Source: an uncultured Candidatus Rokubacteria bacterium
GTDB taxonomy: Bacteria > Methylomirabilota > Methylomirabilia > Rokubacteriales > DASRDR01
Assembly: GCA_963805625.1 (NCBI GenBank)
Contig: CAWDVE010000010.1
Location: forward strand, 1,408,001-1,472,000
Reading direction: 5' to 3'
Length of the DNA: 64,000 nt
The position numbers and the translations under genes were made by a program. This document shows positions 10,544-21,173 of this stretch, piece by piece. Position 1 is the stretch's first letter. Each line of letters starts with the position of its first letter. Under the pieces are notes generated by a model. That model searched no databases, was not told where the DNA came from, and saw only the letters and a program-made list of their open reading frames with translations.

Positions 10544-13183
10544 CTAGAGCGTCCGCGCGACCTCCTCCGTCGTGTAGAGCTCCAGGACGTCCCCGACCTG
10601 AACGTCGAGACTGCCGACACCGATCCCGCACTCCTGACCCTGGATCACCTCGCGGGCGTCGTCCTTGAATCGCTTCAGCGACGTGACCTGGCCTTCGCCC
10701 ACGGCGCGACCGTTCCGGACCACCCGCAGTTTCGCGTTGCGGGTGGCCTTGCCCTCCGACAGGAAGCAGCCCGCGATCGTGCCGACCTCCTTGATAGGGA
10801 AGAGCATCCGGACCTGCGCCTTCCCGAGCGGAACCTCGCGGATGATCGGGGGGAGCATCCCGGCGAGCGCCGCCCTCACGTCGTTGATCGCCTCGTAGAT
10901 GACGTTGTAGGTCTTGATGTCCACCTGCTCGGCCTGGGCCTGCTGCATCGCCTTCGGCTCGGGCTTCACGGTGAAGCCGATGATGATGGCGTTCGACGCC
11001 GAGGCCAGCATGACGTCGGTCTCGGTGATGGTCCCGACCGCGCCGTGGATCACCCGGACTTTGATCTCGTCCGTGGACAGGCGCTCGAGCGCCTCCTGCA
11101 GGGCCTCGACCGAGCCGTGCACGTCACCCTTGAGGATGACCCGCAGCTCCTTGACCTCGCCCGCCTCGATCTGCTTGTGAAGGTCGGCCAGGGTCACCCG
11201 GGCGCTGACCGTGACCTTCTTGTCCCGCTCCTGACGCCTCATGGCCATCTGGCGGGCCTTCCGCTCCTCGTCCACCGCGCGCAGGACGTCTCCCGCTGAC
11301 GGCACCCCGGACAGCCCGAGCATCTCGACGGGATCGACGGGACCCGCCGTCTTCACGCGCTGGCGCCGGTCGTTGAACATCGCCCGGACCTTGCCGTAGT
11401 GCTGGCCGACCACGACGATGTCGCCCTCGTGGAGGGTACCCTGCTGGATGAGCACCGTGGCCACCGGGCCGCGGCCCCGGTCGAGCTTGGCCTCGACGAC
11501 GACCCCGCGCGCGGCGCGGTTCGGGTTGGCCTTCAGCTCCATCACTTCGGCCTGGAGCGCCGTCATCTCGAGGAGCTGCTCGACCCCCGTGCCCTTCTTG
11601 GCCGATGTGTTCACGAAGATCGTCTGGCCGCCCCACTCCTCGGGGACGAGCCCATGGTTCACGAGCTCCTGCTTGACGCGGTCCGGGTTCGAGTCGGCCT
11701 TGTCCACCTTGTTGACCGCGACGATGATGGGCACGGTCGCCGCCTTCGCGTGGTTGATCGCCTCCACCGTCTGAGGCATGACACCATCGTCGGCTGCCAC
11801 CACCAGGATGACGATGTCGGTGGCCTGGGCACCCCGGGCCCGCATCGCAGTGAAGGCCTCGTGGCCGGGCGTGTCCAGGAACGTGACCTTGCCGTGGCTG
11901 GTCTCCACCTGGTACGCCCCGATGTGCTGCGTGATCCCGCCGAACTCCTGCTCGGTGACGCGGGTCTTCCGGATCATGTCGAGGAGCGACGTCTTCCCGT
12001 GGTCGACGTGTCCCATGACGGTGACGACGGGCGACCGCGGTAGGAGCTGGCTGGGATCCATCTCCTCGTCGAGCAGCTCCCGCTCCTCGGCCGATCGCAT
12101 GTCCGCATCGAAGCCGAACCGAGCCGCGATCGCCTTCACCTTGTCGGTCTCGAGAGGCTGGTTGATCGTCGCCATCACGCCCATGCCGACCAGCTCGCGA
12201 ATGACCTCGCCGATCTTCCGGCCCATCCGCTCCGCCAGCTCGGAGACCGTGACCGACTCGGGGAGCCGGAGAATCTCCCGCGGCCCGATGTCGGCCGGGG
12301 CGGCAGCCGCGGCGGCCGGACTCTCGACTTCCGGCGTGGCGGGCGCTTCCACCGGCACGGGGACACTCTCGACGGCCGCGGCAGGAGCCACCACACGCTC
12401 GGGCTCGGCGGCAGCCGGCTCCTCGCGCCGGGGCTTGAGCGGCACCACCTTGCCGTCGGTCGCCGGCTCGACGACCTTCGGCTGGGGCGGCTCGATCCCC
12501 TCCGCGGGGCGGGCCGGTTCGGACGGAACGGCGTCGCGAGCGGCGGGGGCCACCGGCTCCTTGGGTCGGGCAGGCGCCGCGGACGCGGCGGCTGGCCGCT
12601 CGTGAACAACGGGCGGCTTCGCGGCCGCGGGCTTCTCGCTCGGCACCGGCTTGACGGGCGGGGCAACCGACGGTGCCTGGACCTGGGCGGCGGGGACCGA
12701 CGCGGGTGCCACCGCGCTGGCGGCAACCGGCGCGCCGGCTTCCGCCGGAGCCGGGACCTTTTCGACCTTCATGGGGACCGGCGGCTTGGCCTTCGCGGCG
12801 GCCGCGACCTGCGCCGCCTTCGTGGTCGCCTTGGTCTTCCCGGCCAACGCTTTGCCCTTGCCGACCGGCGCCTTGGCCGCCTCGGCGGCCTCGGCGGCCT
12901 TCTTCGCCCGGGTCCTCGCCGCCTTGGCGGCCGAGGCCTTGGCGGCCTCGATCTTGGCCCGCTGCGCCGCGGCGCGGTCGGACTCGATCCGCTCGATTTC
13001 CTTCCGGGAATACTCGGCCGCCTGGTCGCCAAGTGCTTCCCGGAGCCTCGGGAGCAGGGCGTCTTCGATGGCGCTCGCCGAGCTCTGCTCTTTGAAGCCC
13101 ATGCCATGGAGCTGGTCGATGATCAACTTCGGCGCGACGCCGAGCTCCTTTGCCAGCTCGTGGACCCGGGTTTTCCCGGCCAT
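10544..13183 (-). CDS. infB: Translation initiation factor IF-2
   Basis: [20 protein letters not shown] GTPase motifs; long Ala/Pro/Lys-rich N-terminus. Confidence 0.98.
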   Translation of the reverse strand: MAGKTRVHELAKELGVAPKLIIDQLHGMGFKEQSSASAIEDALLPRLREALGDQAAEYSRKEIERIESDRAAAQRAKIEAAKASAAKAARTRAKKAAEAAEAAKAPVGKGKALAGKTKATTKAAQVAAAAKAKPPVPMKVEKVPAPAEAGAPVAASAVAPASVPAAQVQAPSVAPPVKPVPSEKPAAAKPPVVHERPAAASAAPARPKEPVAPAARDAVPSEPARPAEGIEPPQPKVVEPATDGKVVPLKPRREEPAAAEPERVVAPAAAVESVPVPVEAPATPEVESPAAAAAAPADIGPREILRLPESVTVSELAERMGRKIGEVIRELVGMGVMATINQPLETDKVKAIAARFGFDADMRSAEERELLDEEMDPSQLLPRSPVVTVMGHVDHGKTSLLDMIRKTRVTEQEFGGITQHIGAYQVETSHGKVTFLDTPGHEAFTAMRARGAQATDIVILVVAADDGVMPQTVEAINHAKAATVPIIVAVNKVDKADSNPDRVKQELVNHGLVPEEWGGQTIFVNTSAKKGTGVEQLLEMTALQAEVMELKANPNRAARGVVVEAKLDRGRGPVATVLIQQGTLHEGDIVVVGQHYGKVRAMFNDRRQRVKTAGPVDPVEMLGLSGVPSAGDVLRAVDEERKARQMAMRRQERDKKVTVSARVTLADLHKQIEAGEVKELRVILKGDVHGSVEALQEALERLSTDEIKVRVIHGAVGTITETDVMLASASNAIIIGFTVKPEPKAMQQAQAEQVDIKTYNVIYEAINDVRAALAGMLPPIIREVPLGKAQVRMLFPIKEVGTIAGCFLSEGKATRNAKLRVVRNGRAVGEGQVTSLKRFKDDAREVIQGQECGIGVGSLDVQVGDVLELYTTEEVARTL

Positions 13184-13184
13184 A

Positions 13185-13487
13185 TCAGCTACCCCTTTCG
13201 ACCATCTCAGGAGGCTCCTGCCCCTGGCTCAGGAGTCCACGCAGCCGTGCGATCGCCTCGGGCGTCGCCACGGCCGGGACTCGGAATGCCTGGGGCCAGC
13301 GGCCCCGCCGCACGCACTCGGACAGACACGCTTCACGCCGGCACAGATAGGCGCCTCGCCCCCGTCCCCGCCGCTCGGGGTCCGGCTCGACACGCCCGTC
13401 CGGTGTCCGGACGATCCGGAGGAGCTCCGCCTGGGGCCGGGCTCGCCGGCAGCCAACACAGGTCCGGACTGGGGGTCGCCCCTTCAT
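13185..13487 (-). CDS. ylxR: YlxR/DUF448 family RNA-binding protein
   Basis: PVRTCVGCR...GRGAYLC....C. Confidence 0.9.
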   Translation of the reverse strand: MKGRPPVRTCVGCRRARPQAELLRIVRTPDGRVEPDPERRGRGRGAYLCRREACLSECVRRGRWPQAFRVPAVATPEAIARLRGLLSQGQEPPEMVERGS

Positions 13488-14857
13488 CGGGTGCCCTTGT
13501 CGACCGGCCCGGGCTCCGCCGGAACCGCCTCGGCGACGCGCGCCTCAGCAGCTCTGACCGCCTCGGCCTCCGCAACCTCCGCCGCCTCAGCGGCTCGGGC
13601 ATTCAGCCAGGCCTCGACGGCGGCCAGGACCGCCTCGGCCCTGGGGGCCTCGTCGCCCAACACCTCGCGCACACGCTCGAGCCCGGCGGCGCGAACCCGC
13701 GCAGGGGAATAGAGGCCGTGCTCCACGAGGCGCGGCGTCAGCGCGGGGCCGATCTCCCCGATCTCGGCGAACGCCGCCAGGCCTCCGGCGAGCTCTTCAT
13801 CATGACGGCGGCGCTCGTCCGCCAGCTCGGACTCGCTCTTCACGTCGACGCGGAGCCCCGTCAGCTTCGCAGCGAGCCGGGCGTTCTGTCCCTTCTTGCC
13901 GATGGCCAGCGAAAGCTGGCTGTCCGGCACGACGACCTGCGCGGTGCGCTCCTCGCCCTCCCCGGTGATCGTCACCGAGGTGACCTTGGCCGGCGAGAGA
14001 GCGCGTGCGACCAGCGTGGCCGGGTCGTCCGACCACTCGATGATGTCGATCTTCTCGCCCCGCAGCTCCTTGACGATGACCTGGATCCGCGTCCCGCGGA
14101 GCCCGACGCACGCGCCAATCGGGTCGATGTCACGCTTGGTCGACCCGACCGCGAGCTTGGCCCGCTCCCCCGGCTCCCGCGCCGCGCCGCGCACCTGCAC
14201 GATCCCCTCGGCGATCTCCGGGATCTCGGTCTCGAAGAGGCGGGTGAGGAATCCGGGGTGCGCGCGGGAGAGCACGACCTGCGGGCCCTTGGGCGTGTTC
14301 CGGACCTCCATGATGTACGCGCGCACGCGGTCCCCGGCCATGTACCGCTCTCCCGGGATCTGCTCCCGCTCGGGCAGCACGGCCTCGGTCCGACCCATGT
14401 CCAGGATGACGGTGCGCTTCTCGATCCGGTGCACGAGCGCCCGCACGAGGGTGCCCTCGCGATCCTTGTACTCCGAGAAGATTCCCTGGCGCTCGGCTTC
14501 GCGCACCCTCTGGAGAATCACCTGCTTGGCCGTCTGGGCGGCGATCCGGCCAAGCTCCTTCATCTCGAGGTCGACCTCGACCGTGTCCTCGAGCTGGGCG
14601 TCCGGCTTGAGCCGCCGCGCCTCATCGAGACCGATCTCGAGCTTCGGATCGGCCACCTTGTCGACGACGCGTTTCTCGACAAACACGCGGATGGCCCCGG
14701 TCTCCCGGTGGAGCGTGAGACGGGTGTTTTCCCCGACACCCATCGTCCGCTTCGAGGCGGAGAGGAGGGCGGACTCCAGCGCCTCGAAGAGAACCTCTGT
14801 CGCGATCCCCTTCTCGCGTCCGACCTGCTCGATCGCCAGCTTGAGCTCCCGGTTCAT
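13484..14857 (-). CDS. nusA: Transcription termination/antitermination factor NusA
   Basis: GRIAAQTAKQ, AREPGERAK, GACVGLRG, LAIGKKGQNARLAAKL; C-terminal extension. Confidence 0.97.
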   Translation of the reverse strand: MNRELKLAIEQVGREKGIATEVLFEALESALLSASKRTMGVGENTRLTLHRETGAIRVFVEKRVVDKVADPKLEIGLDEARRLKPDAQLEDTVEVDLEMKELGRIAAQTAKQVILQRVREAERQGIFSEYKDREGTLVRALVHRIEKRTVILDMGRTEAVLPEREQIPGERYMAGDRVRAYIMEVRNTPKGPQVVLSRAHPGFLTRLFETEIPEIAEGIVQVRGAAREPGERAKLAVGSTKRDIDPIGACVGLRGTRIQVIVKELRGEKIDIIEWSDDPATLVARALSPAKVTSVTITGEGEERTAQVVVPDSQLSLAIGKKGQNARLAAKLTGLRVDVKSESELADERRRHDEELAGGLAAFAEIGEIGPALTPRLVEHGLYSPARVRAAGLERVREVLGDEAPRAEAVLAAVEAWLNARAAEAAEVAEAEAVRAAEARVAEAVPAEPGPVDKGTR

Positions 14858-14871
14858 TGCGATCTCCTGGA

Positions 14872-15357
14872 TCAGGCGGAGCCTCGCGGCTCCACCTCCA
14901 GGCGCACCTTGGTCACCAGGCTGCGCGGGACGCTCCGGGGGCCATCGGACGTGTCGAGGGTCAAGGCCTGCTGAGCCACCAGGACGAGCCGGCCCGAGAG
15001 CTCGCGGTGGCCGTCCACCGGCTCCCGTGTCCAGACCCGAACGAGACGCCCGGCCGCCCACTGGAGCTCTCGATCCCTGCGCAGCTCGCGGTCGAGCCCC
15101 GGGGACGAGACCTCCAGGTCGTAGCTGCTCCGGACGAGGTTCGAGACGTCGATCAGGTCTCCGACCTCGTGCGAGAGCTGCTGGCAATCGCTGATCGTGA
15201 CGCCTCCCGGCTTGTCGACGTAGAGCCGCACCGCCACTCGCCGACCGTTGCCCCGAACCTCCAGGTCGACGAGCGTCAGGCCGTGGGCCTCGATGGCCGG
15301 CAGGACGACGGCCTCGACCGCCGCCTCCACTCCCGCCAGGCCAGTGCCCGTCGCCAC
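14872..15357 (-). CDS. rimP: Ribosome maturation factor RimP
   Basis: DKPGGVTISDC, YDLEVSSPGLDR; start inferred at GTG 15357. Confidence 0.93.
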   Translation of the reverse strand: MATGTGLAGVEAAVEAVVLPAIEAHGLTLVDLEVRGNGRRVAVRLYVDKPGGVTISDCQQLSHEVGDLIDVSNLVRSSYDLEVSSPGLDRELRRDRELQWAAGRLVRVWTREPVDGHRELSGRLVLVAQQALTLDTSDGPRSVPRSLVTKVRLEVEPRGSA

Positions 15358-15390
15358 CCGTCGCTTCCTCCGTCCGCGTTTGCTCCCATG

Positions 15391-15417
15391 AACAAAAAAG
15401 TGGGCCGCGCCCACTCT
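15391..15417 (-). terminator. rimP leader terminator-like hairpin (attenuator)
   Basis: GAGTGGGC-GCG-GCCCACTTTTTT on minus strand, downstream of a TATACT -10 (15432-15437). Confidence 0.75.
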
Positions 15418-15449
15418 TGAGTCAGCCGTTTAGTATACTCCGATATGAA

Positions 15450-15471
15450 GAGCCGAGGAACCCCTCGGCTC
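15450..15471 (-). terminator. Hairpin after proS
   Basis: Perfect 9-bp stem GAGCCGAGG-N4-CCTCGGCTC just past proS stop. Confidence 0.55.
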
Positions 15472-15481
15472 CTGGGAGACG

Positions 15482-17182
15482 CTAGAGGTCGGCGGCCAGC
15501 TTCCCGCCGAGGTTCCGAACGGCTGCCACCACGCCGTCCGGCGCGACCGTGATGTCCTGGCGATCCCGTCGCGTTCGCACCTCGACCTTGCCTTCCCGGC
15601 TCAGGAGCGCGCCAACCGTCACCCGGATTGGGATGCCGAGAAGGTCTGCGTCCTTGAACTTCACCCCGGGCCGCTCGTCGCGGTCGTCGAGGATCGCCTC
15701 GACCCCCGCCGCGCCCAGGTCTCGGTAGAGCCGCTCTGCCATCTCGCGCACCGCCGGCTGCTTGGGATTGACGGGAAGGACGTGGACCTGCATGGGCGCG
15801 ATCGACCAGGGCCACACGATCCCGTCCGCGTCGTGACGCTGCTCGATCGCCGACGCGACGATCCGGGCGGGGCCGATCCCGTACGACCCCATGACGATCG
15901 GCCGCGCCTGCCCCTGCTCGTCGAGGTACGTCGCCCCCAGCGCCGTCGAGTACCTCGTCCCGAGCTTGAAGATGTTCCCGACCTCGATGACGCGCTCGAC
16001 GACGAGCGGTGCCCCGCACGTGGGGCAGGCGTCCCCGGCCTGGGCCAGGTGCAGGTCGGCGTACCGGGCGGCGAAGTCCCGGCCCGGACGGACGCCCCGC
16101 AGGTGGACGCCCTCGCGATTGGCGCCGGCGACGTACGCCCCCACGCCCAGCGCCTCGTCCGCCGCGACCGGCACCGCCGCGTCGACGGGGCCCACGGACC
16201 CGACCGGCGCTCCGAGCGCGTCACGGACCTCGTCGGCGTGCGCCGCGCGCACCTCACCGCCCAGGAGCCGCGCGAGCTTCTTTTCGTGCAGCTGCTGGTC
16301 GCCACGCACCAGGGCGAGGACCGGCCCGGAGGGGCCCACGTAGAGCAGGCTCTTGATCGTGTGAGCGGGCTCGATCCCGAGCAACTGGCACACCTCGGCG
16401 ATGGTCCGGACGCCGGGCGTGGCGACCTCTCCGCGGGGCCCGTCGGAAAACGTCGTCGCCGGGGACCGCGACCGCGCAAGCTCCACGTTGGCGGCATAGC
16501 CGCAGGCCGGGCAGCGTGCGATCTCGTCCTCTCCGGCCGCGCTCGGTGCCATGAACTCGTGCGCGCCAGCACCGCCCATCATCCCCACGTCGGACTCGAC
16601 GACGTGGAACGCGAGCCCGGCCCGCCGGAAGATCCGGTTGTAGGCCTCCTTCTGCCGCTCGTAGGCAGCGTCGAGGCCGGCGTCGTCGGCATCCAGCGTG
16701 TAGGCGTCCTTCATCCAGAACTCGCGCGTCCGGAGGACCCCCGAGCGCGGCCGCGCCTCGTCGCGCTCCTTGGTCTGGATCTGATACCAGACCTGTGGCA
16801 GCTCGCGGTACGACCGGATCTCCTTGGCCGCGAGCCAGGCGACGACCTCCTCGTGCGTCATCCCGAGGCACATGTCGCGGCCATGGCGGTCCTTCAGCCG
16901 GAACATCTCGTCCTTGATGTCGTGCCAGCGGCCCGACTGCTGCCAGAGCTCCGCGGGGTGGAGCACGGGCATCGTGATCTCCTGGCCGCCGATCCCGTTC
17001 ATCTCCTCCCGGATGATCGTGTTGACCTTGTCGATGGCCCGCTGGCCAAGGGGGAGGTACACGTAGATGCCTGCCGTCAGCTGGCGCACCAGGCCCGCAC
17101 GGACCATGAGCCGATGGCTGGCCGCCTCGGCGTCGGCAGGATCCTCTCTGAGGGTCGGAACGAACGACGTGGTCCAGCGCAT
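15482..17182 (-). CDS. proS: Proline--tRNA ligase (bacterial type, with editing domain)
   Basis: RDEARPRSGVLRTREFWMKDAY, IEVGNIFKLG, MGSYGIG, PGVKFKDADLLG. Confidence 0.97.
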   Translation of the reverse strand: MRWTTSFVPTLREDPADAEAASHRLMVRAGLVRQLTAGIYVYLPLGQRAIDKVNTIIREEMNGIGGQEITMPVLHPAELWQQSGRWHDIKDEMFRLKDRHGRDMCLGMTHEEVVAWLAAKEIRSYRELPQVWYQIQTKERDEARPRSGVLRTREFWMKDAYTLDADDAGLDAAYERQKEAYNRIFRRAGLAFHVVESDVGMMGGAGAHEFMAPSAAGEDEIARCPACGYAANVELARSRSPATTFSDGPRGEVATPGVRTIAEVCQLLGIEPAHTIKSLLYVGPSGPVLALVRGDQQLHEKKLARLLGGEVRAAHADEVRDALGAPVGSVGPVDAAVPVAADEALGVGAYVAGANREGVHLRGVRPGRDFAARYADLHLAQAGDACPTCGAPLVVERVIEVGNIFKLGTRYSTALGATYLDEQGQARPIVMGSYGIGPARIVASAIEQRHDADGIVWPWSIAPMQVHVLPVNPKQPAVREMAERLYRDLGAAGVEAILDDRDERPGVKFKDADLLGIPIRVTVGALLSREGKVEVRTRRDRQDITVAPDGVVAAVRNLGGKLAADL

Positions 17183-17231
17183 GGCCTAGCTCCCTCGGAC
17201 CGGGACACGGCGGCGCGAGCCGCCGCCGGGG

Positions 17232-17567
17232 TCAGTGCGACGACTTGGCGACGACGTTCGGGCCGGGCTTGCCGGGGCGGTAGAGGAGCCGCTCGACCGG
17301 CTTACCGCCGATCAGGTGGGACCGGACGATCTCCTGCACGTCCTCCGCCCGGACACCCGCGTACCAGACGTTCTCCGGGTAGACGACGATCATCGGGCCA
17401 TTCCCGCACTGGGAGAAGCAGCCGGACTTGTTGATCCGGATCTCCCCGTGGAGGCCCGCCTTCGCGATCTCGGCCCGCATCAGCTTGACGTAGGACTCGG
17501 TGTCCGCCTCCGTCGGGCACGTGCTGCCGGTGGTGCAGACGAAGACGTGCTGCTCGTACTGGCCCAT
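17232..17567 (-). CDS. Thioredoxin-like [2Fe-2S] ferredoxin
   Basis: HVFVCTTGSTC...RINKSGCFSQCGNGPMIVVYPENVWY...HLIGGKPVERL. Confidence 0.9.
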   Translation of the reverse strand: MGQYEQHVFVCTTGSTCPTEADTESYVKLMRAEIAKAGLHGEIRINKSGCFSQCGNGPMIVVYPENVWYAGVRAEDVQEIVRSHLIGGKPVERLLYRPGKPGPNVVAKSSH

Positions 17568-17578
17568 CGCCCCTCGCC

Positions 17579-19048
17579 CTACCGGAACATCTTCCCGACG
17601 GGCGGGAGGAGACGCGTCAGGTCGTTGAACAGCGCGAACACCATGAGCAGCAGGAGCAGGGCAAGCCCGATCTGCTGGGCGATCTCGCGCTTCCGGAGGG
17701 AGAGAGGCCGCCCCAGCACCGCCTCGATGGCGAAGAACAGGAGGTGCCCGCCGTCCAGCATCGGGACCGGGAGGAGATTGAGGATCGCCAGGTTGACGCT
17801 GATCAGGGCCACGAAGAACGCGTACGAGACGAGTCCCTGCTGCGCCTGCTGCCCGGCCACCAGGCTGATCTGGAGCGGTCCCCCGATGTTCGAGGCCGGG
17901 ATCGTCCCCGTCGCGAGCTTCCAGATGGACACGACCGTGATGGCGGTAACGTCCCAGGTGCGCGCCACACCCCGCGCGGCGGCGGTCAGTGGGTCCGATC
18001 GCTTGAAGGTCTGCGACGTCGCGGTGGCGATACCGATGCGCCCGACCTTCGTCTCGGTACCGAGCGCGTCCCGCTCGACCTCCATCCGCGGGGTGACGGT
18101 GAGGTCCATCCGGGAACCGCTGCGCTCGACCCGGAGCGTCAGGGTCTGGTCGGCCCGGGTCGAGATCATCTCGGCCAGCTCGTCCCACGTCTCGATCGGC
18201 TGACCGTTGAGCGCCACGACGCGGTCGCGGGGTTGGAGCCCCGCCTCCGCCGCGGGCATGCCCGGGCGCACCTCGCCCACCACCGGCGGGAGGTAGGGGC
18301 GGGCGCCGATGCTCCAGGCCTCCGTCGGCTCGTTGAACGGCGTCCGAACCGGAACCTTGCGCGGGGTGACGGTCACGTCCTGGCGTGCGCCCTCCCGCAC
18401 GATGGTGAGCGCGAGCGGGCGCCCGTTGGCACGCGCGACCGCCTCCTCGATCTCGCCCCAGTGCTCGACCGGCTTCCCGTCGATCGCCACGACCTGGTCG
18501 CGGGGGCGGAGTCCGGCCTCCGCGGCCGCGGAGTCCGTCGTCACCCGCCCGATCGTCGGCTCGAGGACGGGCACCCCGACGACCGCGAACACGACCGAGA
18601 AGATCACCGCCGCCAGGACGAAGTTCATGCCCGGCCCGGCGAAGACGATCAGCGCCCGGGCCCAAAGGGACTTCGTCGAAAATGATTTGGCCGGGTCCAC
18701 CGGGGGTTCCTCGGTCGCGGGGTGGATCGCGTCCTCGCCGTGAGCCTCCTCGCCCGTCATCTTCACATAGCCGCCGAGCGGCACGATCGAGACGCAGTAC
18801 TCCGTCTCGCCGCGTCGGAACGAGAAGATCCGGGGCCCGAAGCCGAGCGAGAATCGCTCGACCCCGACACCCATCCCCTTCGCCACCAGGAAGTGTCCCA
18901 GCTCGTGAATGAAGATCAGCGCGCCCAGGGCCACGAGCGCGCTCACGACGTAGTCAAGCGCCCCGCCCAGGAGCATGCTGCTGAGCGAACCGTCGGCGAG
19001 AAGCACGCCTCCCATCGTCAGCGTCAGGACCCGGCCCGAGCGCCTCAC
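17579..19048 (-). CDS. rseP: RIP metalloprotease RseP
   Basis: HELGH, two PDZ domains, NLLPVPMLDGG; start uncertain. Confidence 0.95.
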   Translation of the reverse strand: MRRSGRVLTLTMGGVLLADGSLSSMLLGGALDYVVSALVALGALIFIHELGHFLVAKGMGVGVERFSLGFGPRIFSFRRGETEYCVSIVPLGGYVKMTGEEAHGEDAIHPATEEPPVDPAKSFSTKSLWARALIVFAGPGMNFVLAAVIFSVVFAVVGVPVLEPTIGRVTTDSAAAEAGLRPRDQVVAIDGKPVEHWGEIEEAVARANGRPLALTIVREGARQDVTVTPRKVPVRTPFNEPTEAWSIGARPYLPPVVGEVRPGMPAAEAGLQPRDRVVALNGQPIETWDELAEMISTRADQTLTLRVERSGSRMDLTVTPRMEVERDALGTETKVGRIGIATATSQTFKRSDPLTAAARGVARTWDVTAITVVSIWKLATGTIPASNIGGPLQISLVAGQQAQQGLVSYAFFVALISVNLAILNLLPVPMLDGGHLLFFAIEAVLGRPLSLRKREIAQQIGLALLLLLMVFALFNDLTRLLPPVGKMFR

Positions 19049-19058
19049 GTTCCTCCCA

Positions 19059-20237
19059 TCAGTTCAGGGCCGATCCCGCCGGGACGCTGCCGAGGGCAAC
19101 CTCGGTCGACCGGCGCACCGCTCCGTCGAGCGCGAGGCACGCTCCCAGGTCGTCCGCCGACGCGCCAGCGTGCGCGTCGAGGGCGTCCCCGATCAGCTTG
19201 GAAACTTCCATGAAGCCGCACCGCCCCGCGAGGAACCCGGCGACGGCCACCTCGTTCGCTGCGTTCAGGATCAGCGGCGCCGCGCCGCCGGCCCGCCCCG
19301 CCTGGCGGGCCAGCCCGAGGCAGGGGAACGCCGACTCGTCCGGCGCCTCGAAGGTCAGGGTCCCGAGCGTCACCAGGTCGAGGGCGGGTGCCGGACACGG
19401 AAGCCGCTCGGGGTACGTGAGCGCGTAGAGGATCGGGATCCCCATGTCCGGCATGCCCAGCTGCGCGAGAACGGAGCGATCGACGAACTCGACCATCGAG
19501 TGGACGATCGACTGCGGGTGCACCACGACGTCGATCCGCTCGAACGGGACGCCGAACAGCCAGTGCGCCTCCAGGACCTCGAGACCCTTGTTCATGAGCG
19601 TGGCCGAGTCGATCGTGATCTTTTCGCCCATCCGCCACGTTGGGTGGCGCAGGGCCTGCTCGACCGTCACGCCTTCGAGGGCCGCTCGGGACCACCCGCG
19701 GAAGGGACCGCCCGACGCCGTCAGCACGAGCCGGCGGACCTCGCGAGGCGCCGCCCCCGCCAGGCACTGGAAGAGTGCGCTGTGCTCGGAGTCGACCGGA
19801 AGCAGGCGCACACCGTGCTCGCGGGCGGCCCGCGTCATCAAGGCCCCCGCCATCACGAGCGTCTCCTTGTTGGCGAGCGCGATGGTGCGCCCGGCCCGGA
19901 TCGCGGCAAGGGTGGGCACGAGTCCCGCAGCCCCTACCAGCGCCGAGACGACGACGTCCGCGGAAACGTCCGCCGCGAGGGTCGCCAGACCCTCGGGTCC
20001 GCCGAGCAGCTCCGGCCGGGGCGATGTCAGCTCCCGCGCCAGACGGTCCACTGCGGCCCGGTCCAGCAGAGCGACCGCCGCCGGCCGATGGGCGCGGACC
20101 AACTCGGCAACCAGGGCGACGTCGGAGCCGCGCGCCGCGAGCCCGCCAACGCGGAACTGATCCGGAAAGGCGGCGATAAGCTCGAGGGTCCGGCGACCGA
20201 TCGATCCGGTCGCTCCGAGCACGGTGACAGTTTTCAC
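19059..20237 (-). CDS. dxr: 1-deoxy-D-xylulose 5-phosphate reductoisomerase
   Basis: LGATGSIG, LANKE, PVDSEH, TASGGPF, MGEKITIDSAT. Confidence 0.97.
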   Translation of the reverse strand: MKTVTVLGATGSIGRRTLELIAAFPDQFRVGGLAARGSDVALVAELVRAHRPAAVALLDRAAVDRLARELTSPRPELLGGPEGLATLAADVSADVVVSALVGAAGLVPTLAAIRAGRTIALANKETLVMAGALMTRAAREHGVRLLPVDSEHSALFQCLAGAAPREVRRLVLTASGGPFRGWSRAALEGVTVEQALRHPTWRMGEKITIDSATLMNKGLEVLEAHWLFGVPFERIDVVVHPQSIVHSMVEFVDRSVLAQLGMPDMGIPILYALTYPERLPCPAPALDLVTLGTLTFEAPDESAFPCLGLARQAGRAGGAAPLILNAANEVAVAGFLAGRCGFMEVSKLIGDALDAHAGASADDLGACLALDGAVRRSTEVALGSVPAGSALN

Positions 20238-20345
20238 GTGGATGCTCGCGCCTCAGTCTAGGTGGAGGGGAGCGGCATCGCTCCTCCCCCACACCCCCAC
20301 CGCTCGGATACGTTGTGCGCCGGCGAGGTGTCGGTTCACGGCCCC

Positions 20346-21143
20346 TCAGTGTGTTCCAGAGAAGTACAGCCAATAATACAGGGCTGGCACGTTGAAGAGC
20401 AAGGAGTCGAGCCGGTCCAGCACGCCGCCGTGGCCCGGAATGAGGTGACCCGCGTCCTTGGCGCCCGCACTTCGCTTGAGGAACGACTCGCTCAGATCGC
20501 CAATCTGCCCGACGGCGCCCAGGAGCAGGCCGATGGCGGCAGCCTCCGGGATCGAGAGTTGCACGAGAGGCGCACCCGCGATCGCCGTCACGACGGACGC
20601 GATCAGCTGCGCCACCCCGCCTTCGACCGTCTTGCCCGGCGACACGCGCGGCGCGAGCGGACGACGGCCGAATCGCCGCCCGACGAAGTACGCCGCCGAC
20701 TCGCCGCCCCACGTCACCCCGAGTGCGAACAGCGTCAGCACTCGCCCGCCCGGCAGCGCGCGGAGCCAAATGGCGTGCCCGAGCAGCCACGCGCAGTAGC
20801 AGACGCCGAGAAGCGTCAGCGTCACCCCGGTCCAGGCCCGCTCCACCACCGCGTCGCGCCTGAGCCCGAGCGCCACGACGACGATCACCGCCAGGGAGAG
20901 CGCCAGCGGCAGCAGGATGGGTTGGCCCCCCGCGAAGGCCAGCACGACGAGCGCGCCGAGAGCCAGTCCCGCCGCGCGATCGGCCTGGACCCCCGCGCCG
21001 GCGAACATGCGATACAACTCAAGCTGCGCGCCGATGGCGAACAGGAGCACGACGACCGTGAACAGCCAGGCCGGCCCCCAGACGATGAGGGCGATCAGGA
21101 CCGGAATCCCGACGAGGGCGCTCAGGAGCCGCTGCGCGAGCAC
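20346..21143 (-). CDS. cdsA: Phosphatidate cytidylyltransferase
   Basis: SPGKTVEG, GDLSESFLKR, IPGHGGVLDRLDS. Confidence 0.95.
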   Translation of the reverse strand: MLAQRLLSALVGIPVLIALIVWGPAWLFTVVVLLFAIGAQLELYRMFAGAGVQADRAAGLALGALVVLAFAGGQPILLPLALSLAVIVVVALGLRRDAVVERAWTGVTLTLLGVCYCAWLLGHAIWLRALPGGRVLTLFALGVTWGGESAAYFVGRRFGRRPLAPRVSPGKTVEGGVAQLIASVVTAIAGAPLVQLSIPEAAAIGLLLGAVGQIGDLSESFLKRSAGAKDAGHLIPGHGGVLDRLDSLLFNVPALYYWLYFSGTH

Positions 21144-21173
21144 GGGCTCCGTGACGCGGCGGCCGGCCGCCGC

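Noticed and set aside
20262-20300. GC-rich hairpin between cdsA and dxr as a REP-like element
   Set aside because: Only one clear copy in the window, so repeat status cannot be shown.
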